Made by a program: the position numbers and the translations under genes. 64,000 bases of DNA from a virus. Its lineage: Duplodnaviria; Caudoviricetes. Of the stretch, positions 32,961 to 42,167 are shown piece by piece (the stretch's first letter is position 1; the number at the start of each line of letters is the position of its first letter). Under the pieces are notes generated by a model. That model was not told where the DNA came from, ran no database searches, and worked only from the letters and a program-made list of their open reading frames with translations. The stretch covers positions 6,487 through 70,486 of the IMG/VR virus record IMGVR_UViG_3300014613_000027. One strand, written 5' to 3'.

Positions 32961-34260
32961 ATCAATTTTACAAGATCGTCTTTAGATTTCCCGTAGTGGG
33001 TTGGGTTAGGATTACTAGTTAGTTGAAGTTTAGCAAAAGTATTTAGTAAGGAAGAGATGATCAAGGCCCATAAAATCAGATTGTACCCTAATAATAAGCA
33101 GGAGACTTATTTTAGGAATGCCTGTGGAGTTAAGAGATTTGCTTATAATTGGGCTTTGTCTGAATCTCGTAGACTTTATGAAGAGGGGGTTAAGACCTCG
33201 GGGTATGATCTTTCTAAAAGACTGAATGCTATTAAGCGAGAAGAATTTCCTTGGATGTATGATGTTTCTAAGTGGGCCTCCCAAAAAGCTGTTCACGATG
33301 CATTTGAGTCTTTGAAAAAGTGGTGGAACCCTAAGTTGGGGAATCAAGCTCCCCGTTTTAAGAAAAAAGGAAAGTGCAAGGATTCTTTTTATTTAGGTTC
33401 TTCTCACATTAAAGAGAGAGGTGATCGTTTTTATATTCCGAAGTTAGGATGGGTCAAAATGGCCCAAGAACTTCGTTTTGAAGGGAAGATATTATCTGCT
33501 ACTGTGAGTAGGGTAGCAGATATGTGGTTCGTATCAATTTCTATTGATACACTTATAAATCCAATACCTTCTGATAGTCCTAATATTATAGGTATTGATG
33601 TCGGCATAAAATCTCTTGCTATTACTTCTGACGGAGAAGTTTTTGAAAACCCTAAAGCACTAAAGAAGAATGAAAAAAGGCTTAGACTCTTACAAAAATC
33701 AGTATCCCGTAAGAAAAAAGGTTCTAACAATAGAAAGAAAGCAGTTTTTAAACTAGCTAAACAACATTATAAAGTTTCTAATATCCGCAAAGATGCCTTG
33801 CACAAGGCCAGTACTGCGATAACCAAGAGTGCAGGTACTATATGTATAGAGGATCTTAATGTAAGTGGGATGTTAAGAAATAGAAAATTATCTAAGTCAA
33901 TCTCAGATGCTTCTATGTCTGAATTCCTTAGACAAATTGAATACAAATCTAAATGGAATGGTTCCATTGTATTTAAAGCAGATAGATTTTATCCCAGTTC
34001 TAAGATGTGTTCTTGTTGTGGAACTATTAAACATGATTTGAAATTATCAGATCGTGTTTATAAGTGTTCTTCTTGTGGACTAGAACTAGATAGAGATCTG
34101 AATGCTGCTATTAATTTGAAACAACTCGCTGTGAGTTACACAGAGAGTATAAACGCTTGTGGAGATGTAAGCTCTGGCTCTAATTTTATTGGGGTGAAAC
34201 TATTATCTATGAAGCAAGAAAAGGGCCGCTATGTTTGATTTTTATCAGGATAGTTCAAGT
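32960..34260 (+). mobile_element. Solo-TnpB IS element (no tnpA); probable omegaRNA overlapping the tnpB 3' end (~34120-34260)
   Basis: TnpB has no adjacent transposase. The 3' sequence AACGCTTGTGGAG...ATGAAGCAAGAA resembles the conserved omegaRNA region. Element ends are not firmly defined. Confidence 0.55.
33057..34238 (+). CDS. tnpB: RNA-guided endonuclease TnpB (IS200/IS605/IS607-type)
   Basis: HKIRLYP N-terminal HTH, RuvC IGIDVGI / IEDLNV / DRDLNAAINL, Zn finger CSCCG..CSSCG. Confidence 0.92.
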   Translation: MIKAHKIRLYPNNKQETYFRNACGVKRFAYNWALSESRRLYEEGVKTSGYDLSKRLNAIKREEFPWMYDVSKWASQKAVHDAFESLKKWWNPKLGNQAPRFKKKGKCKDSFYLGSSHIKERGDRFYIPKLGWVKMAQELRFEGKILSATVSRVADMWFVSISIDTLINPIPSDSPNIIGIDVGIKSLAITSDGEVFENPKALKKNEKRLRLLQKSVSRKKKGSNNRKKAVFKLAKQHYKVSNIRKDALHKASTAITKSAGTICIEDLNVSGMLRNRKLSKSISDASMSEFLRQIEYKSKWNGSIVFKADRFYPSSKMCSCCGTIKHDLKLSDRVYKCSSCGLELDRDLNAAINLKQLAVSYTESINACGDVSSGSNFIGVKLLSMKQEKGRYV

Positions 34261-34309
34261 CCCTTGTTCCTATTTAATTCAACCTTATCCAATATAAAGA
34301 GGTCATCGC

Positions 34310-35575
34310 ATGGAATTTGATTCAATATTATCAAACGTAAAGAGAGCCAGTGGAGCAAGGAGGACTGCCATTTCTTCAGTATTCATGAGTATAGCCGATG
34401 AGTATGCCAAGACTGCCCAGGAGCAGATTGACCCCAATCAGCTCCAGGTAGGCCAGTCAGTATTTAATAATACTGGAGCGGAGTTTATAGTAGTAGATGA
34501 TCCCGAGGGAACTACTAATAAGGTTTTGATGCCCGCTGAGCAGCAAGGACAGCCTGTTCCAGCGGTAGAAACTGTAGAGGACACTGAGCTTCAAACATCA
34601 TATAGTATCACTTCTCCGAGCACGAGTGGCACCTCCATGCCTGAAATGCCTGAGATGGCACAGACAGCAGCTAAGAGGGCTCAATATGAAGATGATGATG
34701 TAGACTGGGATGAGATTGAATCTATTGTTATTGATATGAAAGCTTTTACCAGGCGAAAAGATATGCAAGGTTTAACAGCGGCAGTAGAGGAGATGACCAA
34801 TTTTATATTATCTCATATGGAGATGCCTGATGATATGAGCATGCCTCCAATGTTTGCTCGGATGGTAGGTAAGTGTATAGTAAAGAGGGCCAAAAATGCC
34901 AAGAAAGCTAAGGAAATGAAAATATTACCAGAATTCAGGACAGCTCAGTATGATGATGAGTATGAAGAAGAAGATACAGAGAGCTATAAGAAAGCAATGA
35001 TAAAAGGTGTAGTATATTTCTGCTCATTCTGTGATTATTTTTGTTTTAGTGTTTCGGAGATGGAAGCTCACGAGGAGAAATGCAGCCACAATCCTCAGTT
35101 GTTAGAAGATGATGAATATGAAGATGATATAAAGAAAGCAAAAAGGTCTTGTCCTTCCACGGCTCCCTCGACCCGAACAAGGGTTGCCAACCCTCCCCCC
35201 AAGGCCAAGGAGGGGGCTGTGGAAGTTCTTCCTGAGTTTAAACACCTTGAAAAAAATTCCAGTCAACTTAAAACTGTTAAGGTCAGTTCGAGATATGCTC
35301 AAATCCCTGATACCAGCACGTATCCTGATGTTCAGTCGTTTCATGACCCTGTAAAAGGGCCTTCTGACGAGGTTGACTTAAATAGTGGCCTTAAAAAAGA
35401 TGATCCTGAGTTGGTGATAGGTGATTCTGGCTTTGTAGACATTATGAATGATATTAAAAAAATGACAGACAAGGGCTGTGCAGTCGTTGATGTTATATTA
35501 ACAGTAGGTGAAAAGTATCCTCGGGAGCAGGGTGCGAGAGTATTAGAAGAAGCTCGGAAAGAAGGAGTTCTATAA
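34310..35575 (+). CDS. Acidic protein with KxAQ/RxAQ motifs (head-protein type) carrying an inserted Zn-finger module
   Basis: KTAQ, KRAQ, RTAQ and RYAQ motifs; internal MIKGVVYFCSFCDY...HEEKC module. Confidence 0.6.
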   Translation: MEFDSILSNVKRASGARRTAISSVFMSIADEYAKTAQEQIDPNQLQVGQSVFNNTGAEFIVVDDPEGTTNKVLMPAEQQGQPVPAVETVEDTELQTSYSITSPSTSGTSMPEMPEMAQTAAKRAQYEDDDVDWDEIESIVIDMKAFTRRKDMQGLTAAVEEMTNFILSHMEMPDDMSMPPMFARMVGKCIVKRAKNAKKAKEMKILPEFRTAQYDDEYEEEDTESYKKAMIKGVVYFCSFCDYFCFSVSEMEAHEEKCSHNPQLLEDDEYEDDIKKAKRSCPSTAPSTRTRVANPPPKAKEGAVEVLPEFKHLEKNSSQLKTVKVSSRYAQIPDTSTYPDVQSFHDPVKGPSDEVDLNSGLKKDDPELVIGDSGFVDIMNDIKKMTDKGCAVVDVILTVGEKYPREQGARVLEEARKEGVL

Positions 35576-35679
35576 TAAAACTAGGAATACCAGATGCAGG
35601 ATTCAGTAGGTTAGCTCAAGAGTATGAGCAACAGGAAACTTTAACTGAAGATCAGGTATTACAAATAACGTACAAACTG

Positions 35680-36093
35680 ATGGATTACGAAAACAAAGGT
35701 TATGCATTCAGATTTCAGCCAAAAGGTTCTGATATAGAAGGATATGAATCCATGGGTTACACTCATGATATTGAGGTGTCTGGGGGTGTATGGGCTTTTA
35801 ATGGAGTTATGAATGCTGTTCGTAATATGTATGATCCAATGGAAAGCTATGCATCTGAGTTGGAGGATCAGGGAAATACTCCAGAACTAGTGGTATTACG
35901 TGGAAATATAGAGGATGGCCCCGAAGATTTTGTGCGGGTACATTCTCCTCAAATAGTAGATCGAATTTCAGTTACGCTTTTGCGGCAAGAGACAGATCTA
36001 TTTTATGACGAGGACGAAGAAGAATTAAGCGATCAATTTCTAGATTTCCTCTCTGGAATTACTTCAACACCCTGGAATGTAGATGAACTTTGA
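35680..36093 (+). CDS. Acidic hypothetical protein (may start near 35575)
   Basis: The frame is open upstream and contains RLAQE. Confidence 0.6.
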   Translation: MDYENKGYAFRFQPKGSDIEGYESMGYTHDIEVSGGVWAFNGVMNAVRNMYDPMESYASELEDQGNTPELVVLRGNIEDGPEDFVRVHSPQIVDRISVTLLRQETDLFYDEDEEELSDQFLDFLSGITSTPWNVDEL

Positions 36094-36111
36094 AGGAAAT
36101 TAGTACAAACT

Positions 36112-36221
36112 CACCTTTCCCTACACTATCCCACTTAATTTAATCTAAATTCACTTATTTCACCTCGGTATATTGACAGGTGCTGAAAGGTGTCTTATAT
36201 TCTGAGTATGAGATGCGAAAC
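36112..36221 (+). promoter_or_regulatory. Sigma70-type early promoter with long upstream element, copy 3
   Basis: TTGACA 36173-36178, 17 nt, TATATT 36196-36201. Confidence 0.85.
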
Positions 36222-36237
36222 ACAAGGAGCTAAGGAA

Positions 36238-36432
36238 ATGAAAAAACAGAATCTCTATAATTCAATTTGGACTTCGGAAGAGAATGTTTTTGTAGACATT
36301 TATGTAGGGGGAATTCTAGAGGTACTGAGAAAAGCTCGTGTTGATTATCCTGAACTCAAAGAAATGAATCTTCGAGTTATAGGTGAGGGTCAAGCCCGAG
36401 AGAAGCATGTAAATAGTTATTCAACAAATTGA
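36238..36432 (+). CDS. Hypothetical protein
   Basis: ATG follows an AAGGA RBS; the track N-terminus is promoter sequence. Confidence 0.6.
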   Translation: MKKQNLYNSIWTSEENVFVDIYVGGILEVLRKARVDYPELKEMNLRVIGEGQAREKHVNSYSTN

Positions 36433-36454
36433 TTTGAATACAAGGAGAAGTAAA

Positions 36455-36829
36455 ATGACAAACGAAATGCACCTTATGCCTGTTTTAGTAGAAGCAGAGA
36501 TAAAAGAAATCAAAGCTGGTTATAGAGCGGATGCCATAAAGCTCTATAGGGAAAGATGTGGAACAACTCTTAAAGAGGCGCATACTGCTATTCATAATTG
36601 GATTGACCAAAATGAGCAGGGAATGACAGTTGCGCAAATACAGACGTTTATTTCTGGAATGATTCTAGGGGGTATTGGAGTTGAGAATAAACCGGCAGCG
36701 GTAGTATTAAGAGAGGCTCTTTTCTCATGTGCAGTTGTAGACTGGCACAAGCTTGAAAACACAATTCGTAGGGAGTATCCAGAGATCAATTTTGATTTAA
36801 AAGGTAAGCTAGATGACATCCAAGACTAA
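36455..36829 (+). CDS. Protein with ribosomal L7/L12 C-terminal-like motif
   Basis: ADAIKLYRERCGTTLKEAHTAI resembles the L7/L12 KI.AIK..R..TG.GLKEAK motif. Confidence 0.55.
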   Translation: MTNEMHLMPVLVEAEIKEIKAGYRADAIKLYRERCGTTLKEAHTAIHNWIDQNEQGMTVAQIQTFISGMILGGIGVENKPAAVVLREALFSCAVVDWHKLENTIRREYPEINFDLKGKLDDIQD

Positions 36830-37556
36830 AACACTTTTTGGTTATCCTGTTGAGGTAGAGGAAGAGCAGCTCTTGGACACCTCTCATGAGGCGCTGGAGG
36901 AGTTTTATAAGGATCATGATGTACTCACTAAGGAAGTAAACGAAGACGGTTCTATAGTCGCCTATGGCCGCAAGAAGCGTAAGTGTAAACATTGTGTATC
37001 CTGGATTTCTATAGGAGATCCAAGAATAGGTGCCTGCGGAGATGAGGACCATAATCGTAGGATTCGAGAAGAGGCTGTTCAATTCCACAAATGGGAATTA
37101 GATGATCCTGATGTTATGGTAATAAAAATGATGAAACCAGATGAGAGTTGTGTTTTTTTCAGAAGTAAACGTAGGACATGGGGAGGCCGACCATTAGATG
37201 AGCGCAAATCTGCTCTTTTAGATGAGAAGCATCATGTAATACTAGAGAGGGAGACTAAGATGAAATCAAAGGTAGAAGATCAATTAGAGGGTTGGGCTGA
37301 AGTTGCTCAAAAGGCGGCTGAAGATAGACGTAGAGAGCAAACAGAGTTCAATGAGAAGCTTCGAGAGCCTGATGTAGTATTTGAGCAATCTGAAGGTTAC
37401 AAATATGGGTACTGGCATCTTCCAGGTAATGAAGTTGGTAGAATGCGTTTGTTGAATAATGGACAATATGATCATCATTCATTGAGAATCTTTGGAACGA
37501 CAGAACTTGAACTACTCAGTGCAGTTCAACAGGTGAAGCCTAAGGATTATATTTAG
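36813..37556 (+). CDS. Hypothetical protein
   Basis: 247-aa ORF. Confidence 0.7.
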   Translation: MTSKTKTLFGYPVEVEEEQLLDTSHEALEEFYKDHDVLTKEVNEDGSIVAYGRKKRKCKHCVSWISIGDPRIGACGDEDHNRRIREEAVQFHKWELDDPDVMVIKMMKPDESCVFFRSKRRTWGGRPLDERKSALLDEKHHVILERETKMKSKVEDQLEGWAEVAQKAAEDRRREQTEFNEKLREPDVVFEQSEGYKYGYWHLPGNEVGRMRLLNNGQYDHHSLRIFGTTELELLSAVQQVKPKDYI

Positions 37557-37579
37557 GGAGGAGAAAGTAATTTATATAT

Positions 37580-37760
37580 GGGCAAGTGGTGGAATGATTG
37601 GACCATCTACAATACTGGATACGAAGACAATAGTCTTTAAAGCGTGATGGCTAGTCCAGATCCAATTTTGGCAGACACTGCGGCTGAATGACATGGGTAA
37701 CCATGCAATCTGTAAATATATCAGCTTAAGTAGATGTGGGTTCGAGTCCCATCTTGTCCA
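37580..37760 (+). ncRNA. tRNA-like RNA with acceptor stem and T arm but a ~120-nt domain in place of the anticodon arm
   Basis: GGGCAAG (37580-86) pairs with CTTGTCC-A (37753-60); T arm GTGGG-TTCGAGT-CCCAT; CATCTAC/GTAGATG closes the inner domain. Confidence 0.5.
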
Positions 37761-37762
37761 CA

Positions 37763-37928
37763 GGCCTCTTGACGGAAATGGTATGGGTCGCACCCCGTTA
37801 CAGGTTCAATTCCTGTCCCTGGTGGTTCCGCGTGTGTAGGTTCGAATCCTACTGCCGTCTTAACTGTGAAGGGACACAGAGAGGCCATTTTTTAGAAGAA
37901 AGCAGGTTCGAATCCTGTCTTGTCCACA
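37763..37928 (+). tRNA. Nested/degenerate tRNA-like structures (possible Leu-CAA-like core at 37771-37860)
   Basis: Three more GGTTCRAWTCC hairpins; GGCCTCT/AGAGGCC and GACGGAA/TGCCGTC stems; CTTGTCCACA 3' end repeated at 37919. Confidence 0.35.
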
Positions 37929-37945
37929 ATAGAGGAGGTAGTAAA

Positions 37946-38203
37946 ATGAAAATTAAACATAAAACGGTATGTGTAGCCAGTGATGGCACAGAGTTTGATT
38001 TACAGGCAGATTGTGAACTTCATGAGGAGCTTCTATACATAGCTGAGATGATAGAGGCGGATGTTAACTATCACGATTCTCATGGTGGTTGTTTAGAGGG
38101 AACTCCTTATGAGATAGCTGTTATCTTCAAGGGTATCTTAGATAAGATATTGAAGAAGAAGCATGAAGAAAATATGAGACAGTGGGGAAATTCTGATGGG
38201 TAA
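37946..38203 (+). CDS. Hypothetical protein
   Basis: ATG 37946 follows a GGAGG RBS; the track N-terminus overlaps the tRNA-like RNA. Confidence 0.65.
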   Translation: MKIKHKTVCVASDGTEFDLQADCELHEELLYIAEMIEADVNYHDSHGGCLEGTPYEIAVIFKGILDKILKKKHEENMRQWGNSDG

Positions 38204-38747
38204 GATTAATTGGGATGAACAGCCTCTTGGGAGGGTTACTGACAGGAAACTAGCTAAGAAGCTTGGAGTATCCCACCAGGCAGTGCAGCAACAAAGGCTT
38301 AAGAGAGATATTCCACGTTGTCGGTGGCAGGATAAGGTAAAAAGTTTAGTGGGTATGAGATTTGGTAAACTAATAGTTCTTGAGCTTCAATCTAAAAGGT
38401 TGAAAGACATCTATCCTCAATGGTTATGTAGGTGTGATTGTGGAAAGGAAGTTACTGTTCAGGGATCAAGTTTAAACTATGGTGTAACAAAAAGTTGTGG
38501 ATGTTTACATGCAGAAAGAGTTAAGGAGTTACAGTTAATAGATCTTACAGGTAAGAGATTTGGTAGGTTGGAAGTTTTAGAATTGTGGCCAGTAAGAGAT
38601 AAACATAAGAATAGGAAGTGGCTTTGTCGGTGTGATTGCGGAGAGCTAACTGTAGTTTATGGGATTAATTTAAAGCGAGGTACTGCACAATCTTGTGGGT
38701 GTCTACGGAGAGGTCTGAAGTATAAGAAGGAGAAATCCAATGTCTAA
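38196..38747 (+). CDS. WDEQP-HTH protein with two DLTGKRFG...CxCDCG...SCGC repeats (HNH/AP2-endonuclease-associated repeat; no nuclease domain seen)
   Basis: The repeat occurs twice; the N-terminal HTH is shared with the 23166 and 24011 proteins. Confidence 0.65.
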   Translation: MGKINWDEQPLGRVTDRKLAKKLGVSHQAVQQQRLKRDIPRCRWQDKVKSLVGMRFGKLIVLELQSKRLKDIYPQWLCRCDCGKEVTVQGSSLNYGVTKSCGCLHAERVKELQLIDLTGKRFGRLEVLELWPVRDKHKNRKWLCRCDCGELTVVYGINLKRGTAQSCGCLRRGLKYKKEKSNV

Positions 38748-40598
38748 AAATCAAGTATCAATCAAAGAAGAAAAGCTGAGTGATGGTTCTATAGCTTATA
38801 ACGTTATAGTTATATCTGATGACAATGATTTCGAGATGGTAATTTACTGTGTGGATAAGAAGGCTGCGGAGAATATAAGCATGGCTTTATTCAATGGAGC
38901 ATTGAACTACGAGATAAGTAAACTTTAAAAGGAGAAAGACAATGGCTGAGAGAAGTAAAGGAACTTGGACAGAAGATGAGCATCGAGAACTGGTGAGACT
39001 GTGGAATCATCAATTAACTAGTGAAACTGAAGCTGAAAAGCTAAATTCAAAGTTTAAGAGAGATATGGGGTCTCGTTCATGGGATGTTCGAATAGTGAAA
39101 GCAGTAGGCCGCGAGGAGTATGATGTTATTATGAAGAGGAAGAAGAAAAACCCGCAACCAGATCTTCCTAATGTTGAGAAAATTGAAGTACCTGATGATA
39201 GGTGGAATTCTATGGAGGCAAAACAACAGAAAAAAATTGAGGCAAATCCAACTAGGTTAGCTATAGATTTTAATAGAATAGTTGAAGTGTCTCTCACTGC
39301 TGGAGTTGATCGTTATGTAGAAAAATATATTATGCTTTCAGAATACACTAAGATCCTAACCGAGAATGAGAGCCTCCAGAGGAAGCTTGAGAAATTTGAG
39401 GAGATGGAGAGTTTTATGGAAGGCTATAAAAAGTTTTTAAGAAAACTTGGGTCAGTGGAGGAGTTTAGTCCTAAAGTAGTAGAGGGATAGCTGATGACTA
39501 AATTCGAAGAATGGAAAATTCAATTCGAATCTACTAAGGTTATAGTTCGAAGTAATGAGAATGAGCAATTCGAGGTAGGTGAGCTTATAGGTTATGAAAC
39601 TATAGGCAGTAATGAATTTCCTTTAGTATTAATTAATGGGAAGCCTTTTGTATCTTTGGGTATAGTTATACCCTGGTCGAGGGAGATGGAGTTCTTTTTG
39701 AATTCTTTAGAACCTAAGAAGCAATGGGAGATACTCAGTAGTATAGTGATAGCTATTGGGATTAATAGGGAGTAGAGAAATGAAACTTTGGTTAATATTT
39801 CAGGATGAGAACGATGATTATGACACTTTTGATTCTGCTGTAGTCGCAGCAGAGACCGAGGAGCAGGCTAAATCTATTCACCCTTATGGTAGTGATGCCT
39901 GGTCTTCCAGGAATTCAGATACCTGGGCTTCTTCTCCAGATAAAGTTACAGCCAAGTATCTCGGTGAAGCATACGGAGATATAAAGAAACCAGGAGTTAT
40001 TCTTGGATCTTTCAATGCAGGTTAAGAGGTAAAGATGGAAATTAGAACAAAGGTAAAACTTTCACCTATGAGAAAAGAATCGGAAAATCTTAATATTCTA
40101 GTGGGTTTTGATATGGGTTGGGGTAATGGTTATATAGGAGTTCCTAAAGAGCATCCTTGGTATGAAAAGTATTATATGGATATAGAAAATGAATATGATG
40201 TGGATATTCATGGCGGCCTTACATACAGTGGTTTTGAAAATGGTGATAAGGGTTTTTGGTGGGTAGGCTTTGATACAAGTCATGTTGGGGATACTTTAAG
40301 AGATTGGCCTAGAAGTAGAGTTGAAGAAGAAGCACAGCGTCTTCAAAGAATAGCTATAAGTGTAATTAAGGAATAAGGTTAACTAATGTTCAACTGGCTT
40401 CTAAATAAGCTTCGAGGTAATTTTACTATTGAGTGGCCTTCAGATGAGGAGTGGTCATGCAAGAGGAAGATTTGGTATCGGACAAGGTTAGCTGCCGAGA
40501 AAGCTTATATAGAGATGAGAAAGAGAGGAACTCTCGATCATGAAGTTGAAGCTTATAAATGTAGATATTGTGGTAGGTGGCATTTAGGAGGAATCTAA
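38740..40598 (+). other. Run of small hypothetical CDSs: 38740-38928, 38942-39490, 39494-39775, 39780-40025, 40035-40376, 40386-40598
   Basis: Packed + strand ORFs. 39780 (YDTFDSAVVAAE) and 40035 (GNGYIGVP..HGGLTYS..WWVGFDT) look like widespread phage families. Confidence 0.65.
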
Positions 40599-40600
40599 AA

Positions 40601-41827
40601 ATGAAGATTGAAAAATTAACAGAAGAGCAAATAGCTAAGTTTCCTGAGTATCGGGATAAATGGTTAAAAATAGGACTTCAAACATCTGAATCTTTTGATT
40701 TCAAATTAGCTAAGCAGGCAGCAATTGAAGTATATAAATGTGTTGGAATGAAGGAACCTGAGATATTTATTAATTTAGGTAGTCCTTTAGAAGGTTGCAT
40801 CGGATCTTATTTATTAAATCAAGTAGGGAATCAAGTATGGAATCAAGTAGAGGATCAAGTATGGAATCAAGTAGGGAATCAAGTAGGGAATCAAGTAGGG
40901 AATCAAGTATGGAATCAAGTAGGGAATCAAGTAAGGGATCAAGTAGGGAATCAAGTAGGGAATCAAGTAAGGAATCAAGTAGGGAATCAAGTAAGGGATC
41001 AAGTATGGAATCAAGTAAGGAATCAAGTAAGGGATCAAGTAGGGAATCAAGTAGGGAATCAAGTAAGGAATCAAGTAGGGAATCAAGTAAGGGATCAAGT
41101 ATGGAATCAAGTAGGGAATCAAGTAAGGGATCAAGTATGGAATCAAGTAAGGAATCAAGTAAGGAATCAAGTAGGGAATCAAGTAAGGGATCAAGTAGAG
41201 GATCAAGTTTATAAATGTGGTTATGGTTTACAGGATTCTAGTTGGTTATCATTCTATGATTTCTTTAAAAATGAGCTACACTTAGAATGTTGTAATAAAC
41301 TTAATGGACTAATGGAGCTTTCTAAACATTCTGGTTGGTGGTGGCCTTTTGAGAATGCTGTTATATTAACACCATTTCCAACTATATTAGTACGAGATGA
41401 TGAATTTAGATTACATTGCGAAAATGGTCCGGCTTTGAAATATCCGAGTGACTTTGCAATTTATTCTTGGCATGGTGTAAGAGTTCCTTCTGAGTGGATA
41501 GAAAATCCGGAGGATCTAGATCCTAGTAAAGCATTAGAATGGGAAAACCAGGAGCAGAGAAGGGCTTTATGTGAAATAATAGGATGGGATAGAGTATTAA
41601 ATACTCTTGAATGTAAAACAATACATACTGATGAGAAGGGAGAATTAATCGAAACTTCTAACATAGATGATGGTGATGATGTAGCTAGGTTTGTTAAAGT
41701 TATAGATCCCAGCACAGATAGAAGGTATGCTCTTAGGGTGCCCCCAGAAATAAATACAGCAACTAGCGCGGTTGCATGGACATTTGGAGTAGAAGAAGAT
41801 ACCTATCAACCAACACAGGAGAGTTAA
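40601..41827 (+). CDS. DUF6745-like phage protein with (N/D)QV(G/R/W) tetrapeptide repeats
   Basis: [16 protein letters not shown]-terminus; C-terminal [10 protein letters not shown]...[10 protein letters not shown]...WHGVRVP...[12 protein letters not shown]. Confidence 0.7.
   Translation: MKIEKLTEEQIAKFPEYRDKWLKIGLQTSESFDFKLAKQAAIEVYKCVGMKEPEIFINLGSPLEGCIGSYLLNQVGNQVWNQVEDQVWNQVGNQVGNQVGNQVWNQVGNQVRDQVGNQVGNQVRNQVGNQVRDQVWNQVRNQVRDQVGNQVGNQVRNQVGNQVRDQVWNQVGNQVRDQVWNQVRNQVRNQVGNQVRDQVEDQVYKCGYGLQDSSWLSFYDFFKNELHLECCNKLNGLMELSKHSGWWWPFENAVILTPFPTILVRDDEFRLHCENGPALKYPSDFAIYSWHGVRVPSEWIENPEDLDPSKALEWENQEQRRALCEIIGWDRVLNTLECKTIHTDEKGELIETSNIDDGDDVARFVKVIDPSTDRRYALRVPPEINTATSAVAWTFGVEEDTYQPTQES
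40817..41212 (+). repeat. Coding tandem repeat, 33 x 12 bp (consensus AATCAAGTARGG)
   Basis: 33 xQVx units counted in the protein. Confidence 0.95.
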
Positions 41828-41828
41828 A

Positions 41829-42122
41829 ATGATACGACAAGGCGATTTATTGTTTGTAAAAACGGATGAAATTCCTCAAGAAGCTAAAGAGGATAAAACC
41901 GGCATAATAGCTAGAGGTGAAGCTACTGGGCATACTCATAGGATTAGACCAGGACAGCAGGCAGCTTTGTTAATTGCTGCTGGAATGGCATACATTAACG
42001 CTATGAGGGAATGTGCTATTGATCATCAGGAGCATAGTACAGTTGTTCTTCCTCCAGGAGAGTGGGAAGTGAAGAGGCAACGAGAGTATGTTCCAGATGG
42101 TTGGAGAATGGTGGCTGATTAA
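41829..42122 (+). CDS. Small partner protein of DUF6745-like genes
   Basis: RQGDLL...GEATGHTH...HQEH....LPPG.WEVKRQREY. Confidence 0.7.
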   Translation: MIRQGDLLFVKTDEIPQEAKEDKTGIIARGEATGHTHRIRPGQQAALLIAAGMAYINAMRECAIDHQEHSTVVLPPGEWEVKRQREYVPDGWRMVAD

Positions 42123-42167
42123 AATAGTTACAGTCGGGAGAGGGAGATGGGGAGTAAGGTTTAAAAG

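Noticed and set aside
37580-37928. Confident canonical tmRNA or tRNA call
   Set aside because: No clear resume codon or tag, no canonical anticodon loop and no encoded CCA. Kept only as a tRNA-like candidate.
37572-37945. Track ORFs 37572-37793 (-) and the N-terminal part of 37736-38203
   Set aside because: They overlap the tRNA-like structures. The real gene starts at ATG 37946 after GGAGG.
40817-41212. CRISPR array or DGR template/variable repeat
   Set aside because: The units are contiguous and in-frame coding, there are no spacers, and there is no reverse transcriptase or separate template copy in the window.
40795-41214. ORFs encoding (YLIP)n on the minus strand and (SSRE)n in another + frame
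   Set aside because: They are by-products of the stop-free 12-bp repeat. Only the NQV frame has coherent flanking domains and an RBS.
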